This document shows positions 62,543-64,000 of a stretch of 64,000 nucleotides of DNA, piece after piece (position 1 is the first letter of the stretch; the number at the start of each line of letters is the position of its first letter). The notes under the pieces were generated by a model, which saw only the letters and a list, made by a program, of their open reading frames with translations, was not told the origin of the DNA and did no database searches. The stretch comes from Callorhinchus milii (taxonomy: Eukaryota): contig NW_024704742.1 of NCBI RefSeq assembly GCF_018977255.1, positions 89,964,001 to 90,028,000 on the forward strand. The letters run 5' to 3'. Position numbers and translations under genes: made by a program.

Positions 62543-62683
62543 CCCCAGGTCTGACAAAGGGTTGTGGACCCGAAACGTTGACTCACTTTCCTTTCTCCAT
62601 AGATGCTGCCTGACCTGCTGAATGTTCCCAGCGACTCCTGTTTTTGTTTTTAGATTTCCAGCATCTACAGTATTTTTTGTTTT
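62543..62683 (+). mobile_element. Solo Penelope-type terminal repeat containing a degenerate hammerhead motif (62546-62584)
   Basis: Highly similar to the reverse complement of 26050-26154: ccccaggtctgacaaagggttgtggacccgaaacgttgactcactttcc...atgctgcctgacctgctga. Confidence 0.85.
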
Positions 62684-63450
62684 GATAATAATCTTTGTAT
62701 TTGATACAGTACCCTATCACATTATTGAGATGTCTCAATGTGCTTCACAGGAAATACTGTAAAATGTATTTTAGAGTGCTGTATATTTTGCGGCAAATGT
62801 AGGGATAACTTGGCATTGAAGCTCTTAAATTAAATTGTACGTTTAAAATTGCGTTAATGTTTTCTTGTGATTGCACACAAACAGATTTGCAAAATTTTAG
62901 CTCATGCAAAATCTAAAGAATACTGTCTCTACTTGTATCAACAGTGTATCACATGGAACGCATAGAACAGAATGACCTCTATGTTTTTCAGCTCATCTGG
63001 AGAGAAATAGATAAGCTAATAATATTAATAATGCTACATTTAATACAGAGTGTATAATATCAAGTATGTCTTCACAAAATTCTGTGCAATGTAGTGACTG
63101 CATATTTTGTCAATGACGAGTAAAAATATATAGTAACCCTACTGTCTTCCTTAAGGTTTGTGGCTGGATAAACATCACACTGTATTTAGATTACTTTGTA
63201 CCAGGTGTAGAGTATTATTATTAGTAGTATTTTATGATTATTGTCACTATTATGATCTGATGATTAAATGCTTGAAGAAAAAAATACATTGAAGGATCTG
63301 GGTGAAAAAGCAGGAGAATAGGATTAGAGTGGACAGTGCAAGTAGGAGATCAGCACAGACACAGACATAAACTTTCTATGATTTTATGCCAGGATTCTTC
63401 TTTTTTCCGAAACTTCCTGCCAAATTCAAATACATTTCTGACAGACTTAC

Positions 63451-63535
63451 GAAGGCTCCTCAGACACAGCCACTATTTCCTCCAGTTCCTGGGCCTGCTT
63501 ATACCAGGGCAGCTTAGCTTCCACAGGCAGCTTCT
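63451..63535 (-). CDS. ADAMTSL1: ADAMTSL1 internal exon, 85 bp (approx. human exon 13): EKLPVEAKLPWYKQAQELEEIVAVSEEPS
   Basis: Acceptor tgtttccag|AG, donor TC|gtaagt. The translation closely matches the remembered human segment EKLPVEAKLPWFKQAQELEEGAAVSEEPS. Its phase joins the next exon. Missing from the ORF track because it is short. Confidence 0.95.
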
Positions 63536-64000
63536 CTGGAAACAGACAATAAGAATACCTTTGAAGACTTTGGACAATGGAATCCACCTCAAATGATCTT
63601 CAACCTATCTTAGCCAGCAAGATCATAAAGTTTAAGATGGTGCAGAATTGTCAAAGGTTCTTAAATCCTGTCTTAATGTGGAAGCTTTTTAAGACCTGTG
63701 GAATATTGGCATCCAAATTGATAGTAAATTTAAGAATTTTCCACAATTCTGTTATGGGAAACTCGTCTCACGCACTAAGATTGATTTTTCCATGAACAGA
63801 ACATCAATACTGTGCTATGAACTCAAATGAAGTACAGTTCCTACACACCAAAACACAAACACTTGGGTTTTGAAACGCTTCAGCAGACAAACATTGGATT
63901 GAGACAAAGTGGGTGGACAAAAGATTTGCACAGTAAACCCCCGAGGAATAACTCATGCAGCTATAATGATCCAGTTGCTTCAGCTCCGTGATGACTCACA

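Overview
Vertebrate genomic DNA, AT-rich and mostly intronic. The repeat families suggest a cartilaginous fish, probably a holocephalan such as Callorhinchus (inference). The window lies inside one minus-strand gene, ADAMTSL1 (punctin-1). Nine consecutive internal coding exons (85, 302, 130, 211, 180, 154, 1093, 128 and 129 bp; 2412 nt, about 804 codons) splice in frame through GT-AG junctions and encode thrombospondin type-1 repeats and Ig-like domains. The gene start and end are outside the window. The introns hold many tRNA-derived and Deu-domain SINEs with (TTA)n tails, L2 and CR1 LINE 3' fragments, LF-SINE-like relics, palindromic MITE-like elements, an unclassified ~350-bp repeat, and a decayed Penelope-like element (RT + GIY-YIG) whose terminal repeat carries a degenerate minimal hammerhead ribozyme. 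Best leads: the two hammerhead motifs, a read-through stop at the 63451 donor matching the short punctin isoform, a SINE tail abutting a splice donor, a filled/empty insertion-site pair, and modular SINE/L2 tail sharing. I see no clearly novel protein-coding system. Nearly all other ORFs in the track are repeat-derived or spurious. Repeat boundaries are approximate and were set by eye.
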